Shown one piece after another: positions 52,037 to 62,258 of a DNA stretch of 64,000 bases. The DNA comes from an uncultured Methylomirabilota bacterium (GTDB lineage Bacteria; Methylomirabilota; Methylomirabilia; Methylomirabilales; 2-02-FULL-66-22). A program made the translations under genes and the position numbers. The stretch spans positions 1,632,001 to 1,696,000 of the forward strand of contig OY970067.1 in the NCBI GenBank assembly GCA_963705305.1, in the 5' to 3' direction. Position 1 is the stretch's first letter. Each line of letters starts with the position of its first letter. A model generated the notes under the pieces. The model did no database searches. It was not told the DNA's origin and saw nothing but the letters and a program-made list of their open reading frames with translations.

Positions 52037-52249
52037 CGCTGGCCTCGACCGCAGACTGTGAGGGCGGTCGTACAGGTCCATTCGACCGCTTGAGCACCCG
52101 GCTTCGCAGATTGCACGAGCCGGGACTAATAATTGCCGCCACAGTGAGATGCCATAGCGAAACCGAAACACGGCGTGCATAGCGGGTAGAATTATTTTCG
52201 GCCAACAGGGAAGCAGCGTGGAACACGTTCGCAGAAGGGATTTTTTCTG

Positions 52250-52955
52250 ACGACCGGTGCATGGCCAGACGGTTCAACAACGCGCCGCGAGCTTGGGCAC
52301 AGCGCAAGTGCTCCCGGCCCCGCAGAGGCCCTAGCAGAATCCCTACACGGAGCCCCGCATCGGGAGCATTCGGCGGGAATGCCTGGATCACATGATCGTC
52401 TTCAGCGAGGATCACTGTCACCTCGACCTGGGGCGGTGCGTTGCGCATTATCGGCGCTGGCGGACGCACCTATCGTTGACCATGGATGCGCCAGACGAAC
52501 ACCCGGTGCAGCCACTCGAGCACGGTGCCGTCGTCGCGGTCCCGGAAGTGGGGTGGGTTCCATCACCACTATGAACGACGGACACTTTGAGGCCGAGGGT
52601 AAGATGGGTTTTCCGGAAGGGCAGGTTCGGGCATGGCGCAAGTACTTACGGTCCCACGGAGTCCGTGGCAGAATCCGTATACGGAGCGGGTGATCGGGAG
52701 GATTCGGCGAAAATGCCTGGACCACGTAATCGTGTTTAGCGAAGGGCATCTCCGCCGCCTTGTCGCGAGATACGCCGATTTTTATCACCCCTGGCGGACG
52801 CACCTGGCCTTGGATATGGATGCTCCAAATGGCGGCCGGTACAGCCACCGGATCAGGACGCCATCGTCGCGGTCCCAGAGGTAAATGGGTTACATCACCA
52901 CTATGAACGGCGAGCCGCATAAGGGCCGACGTGCGATGGGCATTCGGGAAGGACA
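52250..52955 (+). mobile_element. Two tandem 3' remnants of an integrase-core IS
   Basis: Each encodes (W/*)QNPYTER..IRR.CLDH.IVFSE.H...WRTHL.L.MDAP...HHHYERR and ends in a GGAAGG.CA terminus (52623, 52955). Confidence 0.75.
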
Positions 52956-53366
52956 GTTTGCGCTGGAGGCCGATTCTGGTAATCAGCTGAATCTCTTCGA
53001 GTAACGTTGGGGCAGCAGTGCGGCTCACTGTCTGGAAATGGCAGGAGCAGTACAAGGCCCAGCGGTCCAAACATTTTAGGTTCAGTAAAAAGTTGAATAG
53101 ACCACTCTGCCGGCAAAGAGCATCGCTGCCAGCGCATGTGTATCAATTTCGGCAGGAATTCAACCATTGGACCATACTATGAGCGCCGAACCTGCCGGGG
53201 TATACCGATGGATGACAATCTCTCCAGCATTCAGGGAAATCCACCACGACGGAGACGCCACCATCCGTTCTTGAGTCAGCAGGGATTCTTGTCGATGCCC
53301 TTCATGCTCAGCATTGCGAGCTAAGGTTTAGGTCACGATCGTTGCGCTACAGAGTTCCCCTATGAA

Positions 53367-54131
53367 TCACATAGCGGTGAATCCCCCATCAACCACAAAG
53401 ACTCCCCCTGTGCAATAGCTCGCTTCTTCTGAGGCAAGGAAGGCCACAACAGGAGCGATTTCATCAAACCGGCCGAGTCGCCCCATAGGGATTTTCGCCC
53501 TTAGCCGGCTTTCTCGAGCGAACAAGTCTAGTTCTTCGCTATCCGGCGGCCGCTCCAATGCTCCAGGAGCGACGATGTTACATCGGATCCCTTGAGGTGC
53601 ATATTGCACCGCGAGCGCACGCACGAACGCATGGAGCGCCCCCTTGCTCGCCGTGTATGCGGGATTTTGCGGCGTGGAGGCACTGAGGGCCGCGATCGAG
53701 CCCGTGACTACAACCGCCCCCCCTTGGCCTTGGGCGAGCATTTGCCGAATCCCTGCACGGCAAGCAAGAAAGACGCCGCGTACATTTACTGCCTGCGTAT
53801 CCTCCCACGCGCCTAGGGTCTGCTCGTGGATCGGCCGGTCACGGGTGTGAAGTTGTATGCCAGCGTTGGCAATGAGGATGTCCAGACGTCCAAATTTCTG
53901 AACCGCGGCGGTTACCGCGCCCTGCACATCATTTTCGTTCGAAACATCACCTACGATTTTGAGAGCTTGCCCACCCGTCTTTTGCACATCTTGGGCGGTG
54001 GCTTCGACTGTGCTGCCCGTGCGGCCCATAGCCACAATTGCCGCTCCCTCCTGCGTCAAACACAATGCTGTTGCCCGACCAATACCGCTGCCAGCGCCTG
54101 TAATCAATGCTACTTTGTTTTCAAATCGCAT
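53367..54131 (-). CDS. Short-chain dehydrogenase/reductase
   Basis: TGAGSGIG, ANAG and YTASK motifs. Confidence 0.93.
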   Translation of the reverse strand: MRFENKVALITGAGSGIGRATALCLTQEGAAIVAMGRTGSTVEATAQDVQKTGGQALKIVGDVSNENDVQGAVTAAVQKFGRLDILIANAGIQLHTRDRPIHEQTLGAWEDTQAVNVRGVFLACRAGIRQMLAQGQGGAVVVTGSIAALSASTPQNPAYTASKGALHAFVRALAVQYAPQGIRCNIVAPGALERPPDSEELDLFARESRLRAKIPMGRLGRFDEIAPVVAFLASEEASYCTGGVFVVDGGFTAM

Positions 54132-54589
54132 CGCATTATTCACATGTGTCCTCATCGAAGACCCGACCTTTTCAGGCCCCAGGATGATGGGCTCGACTGT
54201 CCGCCTTGGAGTGCACCGCACCCGGGAAGTCGAGCTGCCCGCCCACGCTTTTTAGCTTCCACCTCGTCTGCCGACGAAGTGACGCCTAACACAAAAGCAT
54301 GAACTCCTTTTACCTGGTCCCAGGCCGCCATCTATTGAGGGCCCTCCCAGTTTCGCGCGAAAAGCCGAAGATGTAAACACTGAGGTGCGGCATGTATCGC
54401 TTACAAGCTCGTTGTTGTTAGTACGGGCAGTAGAAAGTGAACTTAAGTGGCATCTCCACGTGTGCGTACGCACCGGTGATCATTCAGTGCTTTCACCCTC
54501 TCGCACTCGGCGTACACGCGACACGCTCTAAGGCGAAAACGCGACAAAATGATATTGCCGATTGCGACCGAGCTCGATGAGGTTGGCAC

Positions 54590-55504
54590 CTAACTGGTCT
54601 TGGTAAGGCGCTTCTTCACCTCCACCCCGGCTAGTTGTTCGAGGACCTTGGCCACGGCCGAGTCATCCTCACGCGCCAGTCCTGCCACCATACCCGCCTG
54701 GTAGGCCATGTAGGCCATAGGGGCCAGTAGTAGCGGTGTCTTTGTGTCACGCGCTGCCTCCAGCACGATCCCCATGTCTTTGTGCAGGATTTCGAGTGCG
54801 CCGCGATTGGTGAAATCTCGCGCCATCAGGCGATCCACCCGGTTGCGAAAGGCCCATGAGTCACCGGTGCCGTGGCTGATCACCTCATATACGAGCTCGG
54901 GGTCTAATCCCAACTTCGCTGCTAGCACCATCGCCTCGGAGGCGGCGACCTCGTGGATACTCATCAGCATCTGGTTGATCATTTTCAGCGCTTGGCCAGA
55001 GCCCACCTCCTCGCCAGCGTAGTAGAGGTGCTTGCCCATCGTCTCCAGGACCGGACGCGCCGCCTCGATTGCCTCCGGTGGACCGCTCAGCATCAAAGTC
55101 AGTGTTCCGTCCTTAGCGCGGAGCCAGCCCCCGCTCACGGGCGAGTCAACATAACGCGCCCCTGTCGGCACTACCAGGGAGGCCAGATGCCTAGCCTGGG
55201 CGGGCGAGATAGTACTCATCCCGATCACGGTCTTGCCAGGACCCAGCCCCCCCAGGGCGCCCTCCTCACCCGCCAATACCGTCTCCGCCTGTAAGTGATT
55301 TAGAACCATCATCACCAACACGTCGCTCTTGGCTGCTGCCTCCCGCGAGGACGACGCCACATCAGCTCCGGCCGTCGCTAGCTCTGCCATGGGTTCTGGG
55401 CGGAGGTCGTAGACCAATAGCGGTAACCCCGCCCTGCGCACGCTCAAAGCCATCCACTTGCCGATAGCTCCCAGTCCAATGAAACCGACCTTTGGTTGAC
55501 CCAT
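54590..55504 (-). CDS. Beta-hydroxyacid dehydrogenase (3-hydroxyisobutyrate/L-threonate dehydrogenase LtnD-like)
   Basis: GFIGLGAIG, DSPVSGG, GSGQALKMINQ and ILHKDMGIV motifs. Confidence 0.88.
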   Translation of the reverse strand: MGQPKVGFIGLGAIGKWMALSVRRAGLPLLVYDLRPEPMAELATAGADVASSSREAAAKSDVLVMMVLNHLQAETVLAGEEGALGGLGPGKTVIGMSTISPAQARHLASLVVPTGARYVDSPVSGGWLRAKDGTLTLMLSGPPEAIEAARPVLETMGKHLYYAGEEVGSGQALKMINQMLMSIHEVAASEAMVLAAKLGLDPELVYEVISHGTGDSWAFRNRVDRLMARDFTNRGALEILHKDMGIVLEAARDTKTPLLLAPMAYMAYQAGMVAGLAREDDSAVAKVLEQLAGVEVKKRLTKTS

Positions 55505-55972
55505 AGAATGCCCCTTCTCATATAGTCGTACCAGTCCGGTAGTCGAACTTTTCCGATCTCGAGTCAAACCGTGCCTTGATTACCGCTCCGATGAAAAGTG
55601 AGCTCCATCAATGGCTACGCCTCGCCACTGACCGTGCCGATGCCCTCACCGGACACCAGTGCCCGCAAAAATACTACTTCTTGAAGCGGACGATTGTATA
55701 TCCATCGTCCGGTATTACTAGTCCTAACTTTGGTAATGAATTCAGTATCCTACCGGCCCACGTCTACACGCACTGGACCTCGTCGAAAACCAGCCAGCTT
55801 TGCTCCAAAACCTCCGCTCCACACAGGACAGGGTGCAGCGTGGAGTCGGTAATCATCCATGCTTCCGGACCTCGGGGGCTGCGACAACTGAACTCGGCTG
55901 GCTCACACGTCCAAGGCGCTTGACGTACTCGAGCTGTCCCGGGATTTGCGCGTCGATTTCCAGCTCAAGGCG

Positions 55973-56837
55973 CTACCCTGGAAAATGACATGCCGCCAGG
56001 ACCTCACGAACCTCGCCGTCGGTTAAGCGAACGTAATCATGGGCCATGACTTCAGCCAGCATGGCCGAAGTCCAGAACGTCGTAACCTGGGGTGGCGTCG
56101 AATATCCATTTCTCCAACGCCGGCTCTATAATCACATTTGGGATAAAACGCCAACCGATGTCCCAAACCACTTCTGGCGACTCACACATAAAGACCAATT
56201 TGCCCTGATATTTCCCTTGTACGAGATAGACGTTCGGACAGGTATAGTATACTTTCCAGCCCAGGTTAGCTAGTGCTAACTCGGCGTGACGCTGGATCAC
56301 GTCGGGATGGACGGATGTATGGACGTTGATATGCGTGTGTCCCGTTGTAGGCTTGACTGGAAAGTCTAGACCCTTGCGAAAGTGATCGGACCTGAAGTAT
56401 GCTTCGACTGCTTTCTCCTCAGCTGGCCCTGGGGCCCGGAAAGGAAATTGTCGACAGAACTGATTGATGTACCAGCGATTCCAGATGAGCAGATTGCAAC
56501 CCGACTCGCCCCCCTCACAGGCACGAAGGCCAACGTCGGCCTTGAAAAACCACTGATAGTCGAAGTGCGGCTTCCCCTTCGGCTCCACGCCATGGAGGCT
56601 GCCCATTCCGGCTTTAGGAGACATATGGTCTATCTTCCGTGAAGACGGCCAACCCATCCGATCAAAGTAGCCACACATGATCCGCTCGAGTGAATCAGGA
56701 TGGATTGACGTATCGACATAGGTGTGGATATGCGTCCCCGTTGGATCGGGATCCTGTAGCGCGGCACAAATCCTGCGCCAGTGATCCGACGATGCAAAAT
56801 ATTCCTTTGCCTCATTGAGGATAGCCTGCCTGTTCAT
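55973..56837 (-). CDS. Unrecognised two-repeat protein with HxH..TSxHPD motifs; 287 aa after removing one base at 56075-56081
   Basis: Internal duplication visible by eye (see findings). The called ORF stops at 56052; the repaired frame reads to TAG at 55973. Confidence 0.75.
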
Positions 56838-56953
56838 GTGTGCCCCCTTTCAATAACCATAGACATTGCGGAACTGACAAGAGATGCTGTCACGTAAGTC
56901 ACGTCTCACCACCAAGAGTTACTTAACCCTCGAAAACGCCAAACGCAGACCCT

Positions 56954-58294
56954 TTATCCTCCGTAGATACGCTGCAGTTGTTCGGCTCCCCACCTAATGG
57001 CCGACAGAGCGTCGCCGGATTGGACAGCCCGCGCAAAAGTGTCAACCACGATATACTTCGAAAAGGCCAGCGAAGCCTTTTCGTTGGCGGGGCCAGCATA
57101 ACCAATGTCGCGGCCGAACTTCGGCACGTCCCGGAAAACTGACATCTTCGGGTCCTTATCCCACATCGGGTCATCCGCATATTTTTTCGTGGTGGCAAGT
57201 TGATAACCGTCCTGAAGGCGTAACCATTCGCCGTACTGCTCATCCTGGAACCACCACTTCAGGAATTCCCTGGCCGCTGGGATATTCCTCGAGCTCTTCA
57301 AAATGCCAAAGGTCCGACTACCGAGCCAGTAAAAACGACCTGCAGGCCCTTTCGGAAAGAGCATATGATTCATATCCTGTGCGATCTCGGGCCTGTCCTT
57401 TTTGGCGGCAAAGTAAATGCTGGAGGCGTTTATGGTAGCCGACAGTTGCCCCGCCAGGAATGCGCGGTTATTGTTGCTGTCGTCCCAAGAGGTGCCGGTC
57501 TTGTCATAGCCGTCATTCCAAGCCTGGATGAAGCTTTTCATCCCGTCAACAAACTCCGGCTTGTTGAATAGGACCGTTTTGCCATCCCTATCCACTTCCA
57601 TGGCACCGTAAGACCACAGGTATGGATAGCAAAAACACGGCGGGTCCCCCATGCTGTGACCCAAGGCTTGGCCAGCCGGATGCCCATTTGCCCTACATTT
57701 TTTGACGATGGCATGATACTCATCCCACGTGAAATCTAATTTCCTGCCATCCTCTGCATACGGGACCCCGGCATCCTTGAACCAACTAATCCGGTAATTT
57801 ACAGAGTTGTTGTTCTGACCATGGGGAATGCCCAGATACCTTCCATTCACTCTGGCAGAATTTAATACATAAGGTTCGAAGCCTCCCCCTCGGCGACCGA
57901 CTTCCTCAGCTTCCTCTGTCATATCGACTAAATTGTCCCTGTAGAGGAAGTTCCAGCCGGGCCAGAGTTCCGCGATGTCAATGCCTCCGCCATAAATAGC
58001 TGCAGCAACTTTGGACTGCACATCTGGCCAGTTTATGAAATCGGCCATCACCGAAACACCACTATCCCGGCCCCATTTTTGTGCCTGGCTCTTATAAAGC
58101 TCTTGAGCGGGTGCAATGAAGTATGACGCTTGCAAGATGGTAAGCCGGGTCCCTTTAATCAGTGCAGGCGCCTGTGCAAACGTCTTGCCCGGGATTCCGC
58201 TCGCCGTTAGATAGCCCAGGCCAGCCAATCCAGTCTTGATGAACTCTCGTCGCCCCACTTTCCAATTCGGTCTCGAGTTCGATAGGGCTTTCAT
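56954..58294 (-). CDS. Family 1 (carbohydrate-type) ABC substrate-binding protein with Tat signal; no adjacent permease
   Basis: GRREFIK twin-arginine motif; YRISWF, WDDSNNNRAFLAG and FPKGPAG motifs. Confidence 0.88.
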   Translation of the reverse strand: MKALSNSRPNWKVGRREFIKTGLAGLGYLTASGIPGKTFAQAPALIKGTRLTILQASYFIAPAQELYKSQAQKWGRDSGVSVMADFINWPDVQSKVAAAIYGGGIDIAELWPGWNFLYRDNLVDMTEEAEEVGRRGGGFEPYVLNSARVNGRYLGIPHGQNNNSVNYRISWFKDAGVPYAEDGRKLDFTWDEYHAIVKKCRANGHPAGQALGHSMGDPPCFCYPYLWSYGAMEVDRDGKTVLFNKPEFVDGMKSFIQAWNDGYDKTGTSWDDSNNNRAFLAGQLSATINASSIYFAAKKDRPEIAQDMNHMLFPKGPAGRFYWLGSRTFGILKSSRNIPAAREFLKWWFQDEQYGEWLRLQDGYQLATTKKYADDPMWDKDPKMSVFRDVPKFGRDIGYAGPANEKASLAFSKYIVVDTFARAVQSGDALSAIRWGAEQLQRIYGG

Positions 58295-58492
58295 GGAGGC
58301 CCTCCCTGTTAACCCATTTCAAAAAGGTTAATGGGAACCAATGGGGACGCATATCACATAGAACGCCTCTCACCCCCTTTCGGATAATCGGAATCCGTAG
58401 CTTCGTCCTCTCCGTACCCAAATATCAATAAATAGAAAAATTTCGATAGCATTTACTCGCCCCCTGCCGTGGTCTCCATTTCATCTCCTGAA

Positions 58493-59530
58493 TTACCCGA
58501 TGTCGAAGAGGATCTTGCCGCACTTGCCCGAGCGGGCCGTTTCAAAGGCCTTTTCGAACTCCTCCATGGGGAAATGATGGGTGAGCACGGGCGAGATGTC
58601 GATGTTGCCCGAGTCGAGGATGTCCGCCGCCTCGGTCCAGGTCGAGAACATGGTCCGGCCGGTGATCCCGTATACCGTCGCCTCCTTGTAAATCACGTCA
58701 TTCACGAGATCGAGTTCCACGGTATTGTTGAAGAGCCCGACCAGGGACACGGAGCCGCCTCGGCGCAGGGCTTTGAGGCCCGTCTGGCAGGCTTCGCCGT
58801 TGCCCGAAAGCTCCACGAAGATGTCCACCCCGAACTCTCCAGTGGCCTTCATGATTTCCTTGACCACGTCAACCTTTTGGGGGTTCAGGACGACGTCCGC
58901 GCCCATCCGGCGGGCCAGCGCCAGCCGTTCCTCGCTGACGTCCGACGAGAAGATCTTCATGGCGCCGCTCATCCTGGCCACCGCGAGGGCGAACAGGCCA
59001 ATGGGGCCGGCCCCGGTGATCAGGACCCGCTTTCCCGCGACCTTGTGCCGGGTCAAGGAGTGGACGCCGATTCCAAAGGGTTCATAGACCGCGCCAATAT
59101 CGGGGGACGTGGCGGGCGAGAGCTTCCAGGCGCATATCTCCGGGATGGCGGCATACTCGCTGAAGGTGCCGGTCGTGTGCACGCCGATGATCTTCATGTC
59201 CCGGCAGACGTGCATCAGTCCGGTGTTGCACTGAAAGCAGACCTCGCAGGGGATGTGGGTTTCCACAGCCACGAGGTCGCCCTTCTTCAGGCGCTTGGTG
59301 TTCTTCCCCACCTCGACGACCTCGCCACAGAACTCATGCCCAAAGATCATGGGGAGCTTCAGGCGCTGCTGAGCGTAGGCGGTCCAGAAATAAATGTGGA
59401 TATCCGTCCCGCAAATGGCCGCTCGCTTCACCTTCACCAGGACCTCGGTGTCCCGGATGCCGGGGACCTCGACTTCCCTGAGGACGGCGCCCGTCTGCGG
59501 TGTTTCCTTGATCAAGGCCTTCATTTTCAT
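58493..59530 (-). CDS. tdh: L-threonine 3-dehydrogenase-like Zn-dependent dehydrogenase
   Basis: ICGTDIHIY.W, GHEF, ETHIPCEVCFQC...HVC, GAGPIG and YGITGR.MF.TW, which is characteristic of Tdh. Confidence 0.85.
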   Translation of the reverse strand: MKMKALIKETPQTGAVLREVEVPGIRDTEVLVKVKRAAICGTDIHIYFWTAYAQQRLKLPMIFGHEFCGEVVEVGKNTKRLKKGDLVAVETHIPCEVCFQCNTGLMHVCRDMKIIGVHTTGTFSEYAAIPEICAWKLSPATSPDIGAVYEPFGIGVHSLTRHKVAGKRVLITGAGPIGLFALAVARMSGAMKIFSSDVSEERLALARRMGADVVLNPQKVDVVKEIMKATGEFGVDIFVELSGNGEACQTGLKALRRGGSVSLVGLFNNTVELDLVNDVIYKEATVYGITGRTMFSTWTEAADILDSGNIDISPVLTHHFPMEEFEKAFETARSGKCGKILFDIG

Positions 59531-59596
59531 CGGAGACTCCTTTCAGCCCAGGATCGATTGGCGGCGTTTCAGACCCACGGGAAAAAGGACTTCCCC

Positions 59597-59875
59597 CTAC
59601 TCCACGGACTCAAGTCCAAGGTAATCATAGAGGCCTACCGGAAAATCTGGAGTTAGCTGTGTTCCGCTCGCGGATGTCTTCTTACGTCTTACTTGCTTGC
59701 CAACAGCCCCCTTCTCAGCCCTGCGTATCCCGCACTCTTCCTCTTGCTCTGAAGAATCCATCCCAAGGTAATCAAAGGGGCCCACTGGAGTCTCCACGGG
59801 TTGGTGGGCTGTTTTTTGGGATGCTTTTTTGCTCCTCGCCGGCCTGCCAGAGCGTGAGTCACGCTGCCGTTTCAT
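59597..59875 (-). CDS. Hypothetical 92-aa protein with a duplicated PVGx[FY]DYLG motif
   Basis: GGAGG RBS; the repeat is conserved at protein level with synonymous changes. Confidence 0.55.
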   Translation of the reverse strand: MKRQRDSRSGRPARSKKASQKTAHQPVETPVGPFDYLGMDSSEQEEECGIRRAEKGAVGKQVRRKKTSASGTQLTPDFPVGLYDYLGLESVE

Positions 59876-59943
59876 TCAAGCCCTCCATGGGCGTTGTACA
59901 GCCCCTTTCTTCGCCCAGCTGTCTCTGTAAGAAATAAACAATA

Positions 59944-59974
59944 ATACTATGATCCGATCGCGTCGACGCGTCAA
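59944..59974 (-). promoter_or_regulatory. Probable promoter with a 12-bp palindrome overlapping the -35/spacer
   Basis: Minus strand TTGACG followed by CATAGTATT; palindrome CGCGTCGACGCG at 59959-59970. Confidence 0.45.
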
Positions 59975-60308
59975 CACGAAAGCTTGCGTCACGGTTTTGG
60001 CTAATCAACACGGGCAAGAAGGAGACATTAAAATTCTGTGGAGACACCCTGAAAATAGAAGATCCCAGGTCCAATCCAAGTGGACGGCAGATTCGAGCTC
60101 TAACCATTCCTAGAGAAAAAAGGGCGAGAGAAAATAACTCAGCCCAATAGGGGGAGCGGCTCCTTTCCTGTTCTCTCTTCCTTAAACTGTTCGGTTACAG
60201 CCTCAACCGCTCGTGCACTTTCTGCCCTCCATCCGGACTTACGCCCATGTCAAATTCGGACTCCTCTATCTCCTTGGCTCAGCCTCCCCATAAGTTGAGA
60301 TCTCTTCA

Positions 60309-60923
60309 TCACAGTTGCCTTCGGTGGCCGCCATGACCTCTTCGGATGTCGGGAGTCCTGCCTTTCTTGGCGGGGACGCCTTCTGCCTTCGCTTTCACAG
60401 CCTCCTGGACAGCGTTCTGGATGGCGGCAGGCGTCAGGCCGCAGCGCGCTTTGATCTCCTCGGCCGTCCCGGACTCGCCGAACACAGCCCTTACTCCGAT
60501 TCTCTTTGTCTGGACAGGACATTTCTCGGAGATCAATTCCGCGACGGCACCGCCCAGTCCACCCAGAATGTTGCCATCTTCGACCGTCACAAGAGCCCCC
60601 GTTTCTTGGGCGGCCGACACCACAGCCTTTTCATCCAGGGGCTTGATCGTGTGTAGGTCCAGCACCCGTGCACCGATCCCACGGGCCTCGAGCATCCCTG
60701 CTGCCAGGATGGCGTTATGGACGAAGATGCCTGTTGCCAAAATCGCCACGTCCGCTCCCTCACGGTTGCGACTAATCACTCCAAGCCTCGCCCCGGGACT
60801 CATCGTCAGCTCGCCGCGCAGGACGCGCGGTTCGCCGTTTGCCGCAACAGAGCTAACCTCGATAGTGTGCCCCACATTGATCGCAATCAGCAACCGGTCG
60901 ATTCCACTTCGGTCTGAACTCAT
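60309..60923 (-). pseudogene. Transketolase C-terminal domain fragment fused to an unrelated N-terminus
   Basis: REGADVAILATG, DLHTIKPLD, VTVED..ILGGLGGAVAE and FGESG are present; the pyrimidine-binding domain is absent. Confidence 0.8.
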
Positions 60924-61013
60924 TGCACATTCCGCCGTCCGATCTCCGTCCCCTAGGCGCGGCCGAGCCCAACGAACTAACTATTCTGCTCGATCCATAA
61001 ACCCTTCCGCGCC

Positions 61014-61922
61014 TCATTGTTTACGTGTCAAAGTCTTTTGCGTCTCCCTTACCCTCCTGAAGTCGCGATATAGCAGTGTAAAGTCACTGTCCTTCATTCC
61101 ACAGTCGACCGCTGCCTTAAGAAAAGCGAGCGTCTCCCTTCCATATGTGGCATCTGCGCTCACGCGATCGGCCAATGATACAGCCATAGAAAGATCTTTG
61201 TAGAGATTATATACACGCGATCTGCCATCCCACTGTTTCGAAAGAATGTGGCGCGGGAAGCGAACTTGGCTGATATAGCTCCTTGCATTCCCGTGGTTGA
61301 AGACGGTAATGACATCCTTAACATCGATTCGACACCTTTTGGCTATATTGCACCCTTCACACGTGACTAGGAAAATTGTATGGCATACCAGGTTATGAAT
61401 GAGTTTCATAGTGTGACCAGCTCCGCTGTTACCTAGGAAGAAAATGTTGCTAGCAAAGGGAGCTAGGAATTTGCGCGTACGACGAAACGCACTCAATTTT
61501 CCTCCGACCATCAACGTGAGGGTTCCTTCTTTAGCAGCCTGAGCCCCTCCGCTCATTCCGACATCGAAATATTCGACACCCCGCCTAGCCGTCATTCGAG
61601 CCAGTCGACGGGAATTCAACGGATCCGATGTCGTCATATCGTACAGGACGAGCTGGTGATGAGCATTGGCGAGAATCCCGTCTTCTCCAATTAACATTCG
61701 TTCAATCTCAGCGCCCCCCGGGACCACAAGAAACACCGCTCCACAACGATACGCCATCTGAGACGGCGTTGATATCGTAACCCCTGGTTTCTGCCGCCAT
61801 ACCTTCAGGGCTCGTTGGGCAATGTCCCACACCTCAATCTCATAGCCAGCTCTCCGGAGGTTCTGAGCGATGCCTCGACCCATATTCCCCACTCCAACAA
61901 CCCCTAGCCTCATGGACCCCAC
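61014..61922 (-). CDS. Beta-hydroxyacid dehydrogenase family NAD(P)-dependent oxidoreductase
   Basis: GVVGVGNMG, DVGMSGG, GAGHTMKLIHN and YKDL motifs. Confidence 0.88.
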   Translation of the reverse strand: MGSMRLGVVGVGNMGRGIAQNLRRAGYEIEVWDIAQRALKVWRQKPGVTISTPSQMAYRCGAVFLVVPGGAEIERMLIGEDGILANAHHQLVLYDMTTSDPLNSRRLARMTARRGVEYFDVGMSGGAQAAKEGTLTLMVGGKLSAFRRTRKFLAPFASNIFFLGNSGAGHTMKLIHNLVCHTIFLVTCEGCNIAKRCRIDVKDVITVFNHGNARSYISQVRFPRHILSKQWDGRSRVYNLYKDLSMAVSLADRVSADATYGRETLAFLKAAVDCGMKDSDFTLLYRDFRRVRETQKTLTRKQ

Positions 61923-62258
61923 GAGTCACCCCCCGAGCGAATCACGGCATGGCAGCAAGTCTGCTGCTCATCTTCGGAGATGTTAGCCTCGCCCATGCCA
62001 AGATCGAGCCCCGCGTAGGTGCAAACACGAATAGGAGGCAATCCCTCAAGGCGTAACCACGATTTCCCAATGATGGGCAATACCACACACTCACGAAATA
62101 TTGGACGAAGAGAGGGTGCCCATCTGATTTGCTCTGGCTGGAAATGGGATGTCGTCGGTACCGCTGACCGGACAAACCATGCAGGTTCGCCACTGGCGAA
62201 GGGAGGAATCTGGGCCGGGCGAAGTATTTCGGAAACAAAGGACTTCTGCTGGTGAAGC

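Noticed and set aside
55570..55960. Intergenic ORFs between the dehydrogenase and the two-repeat gene
   Set aside because: No coherent coding signal in any frame.
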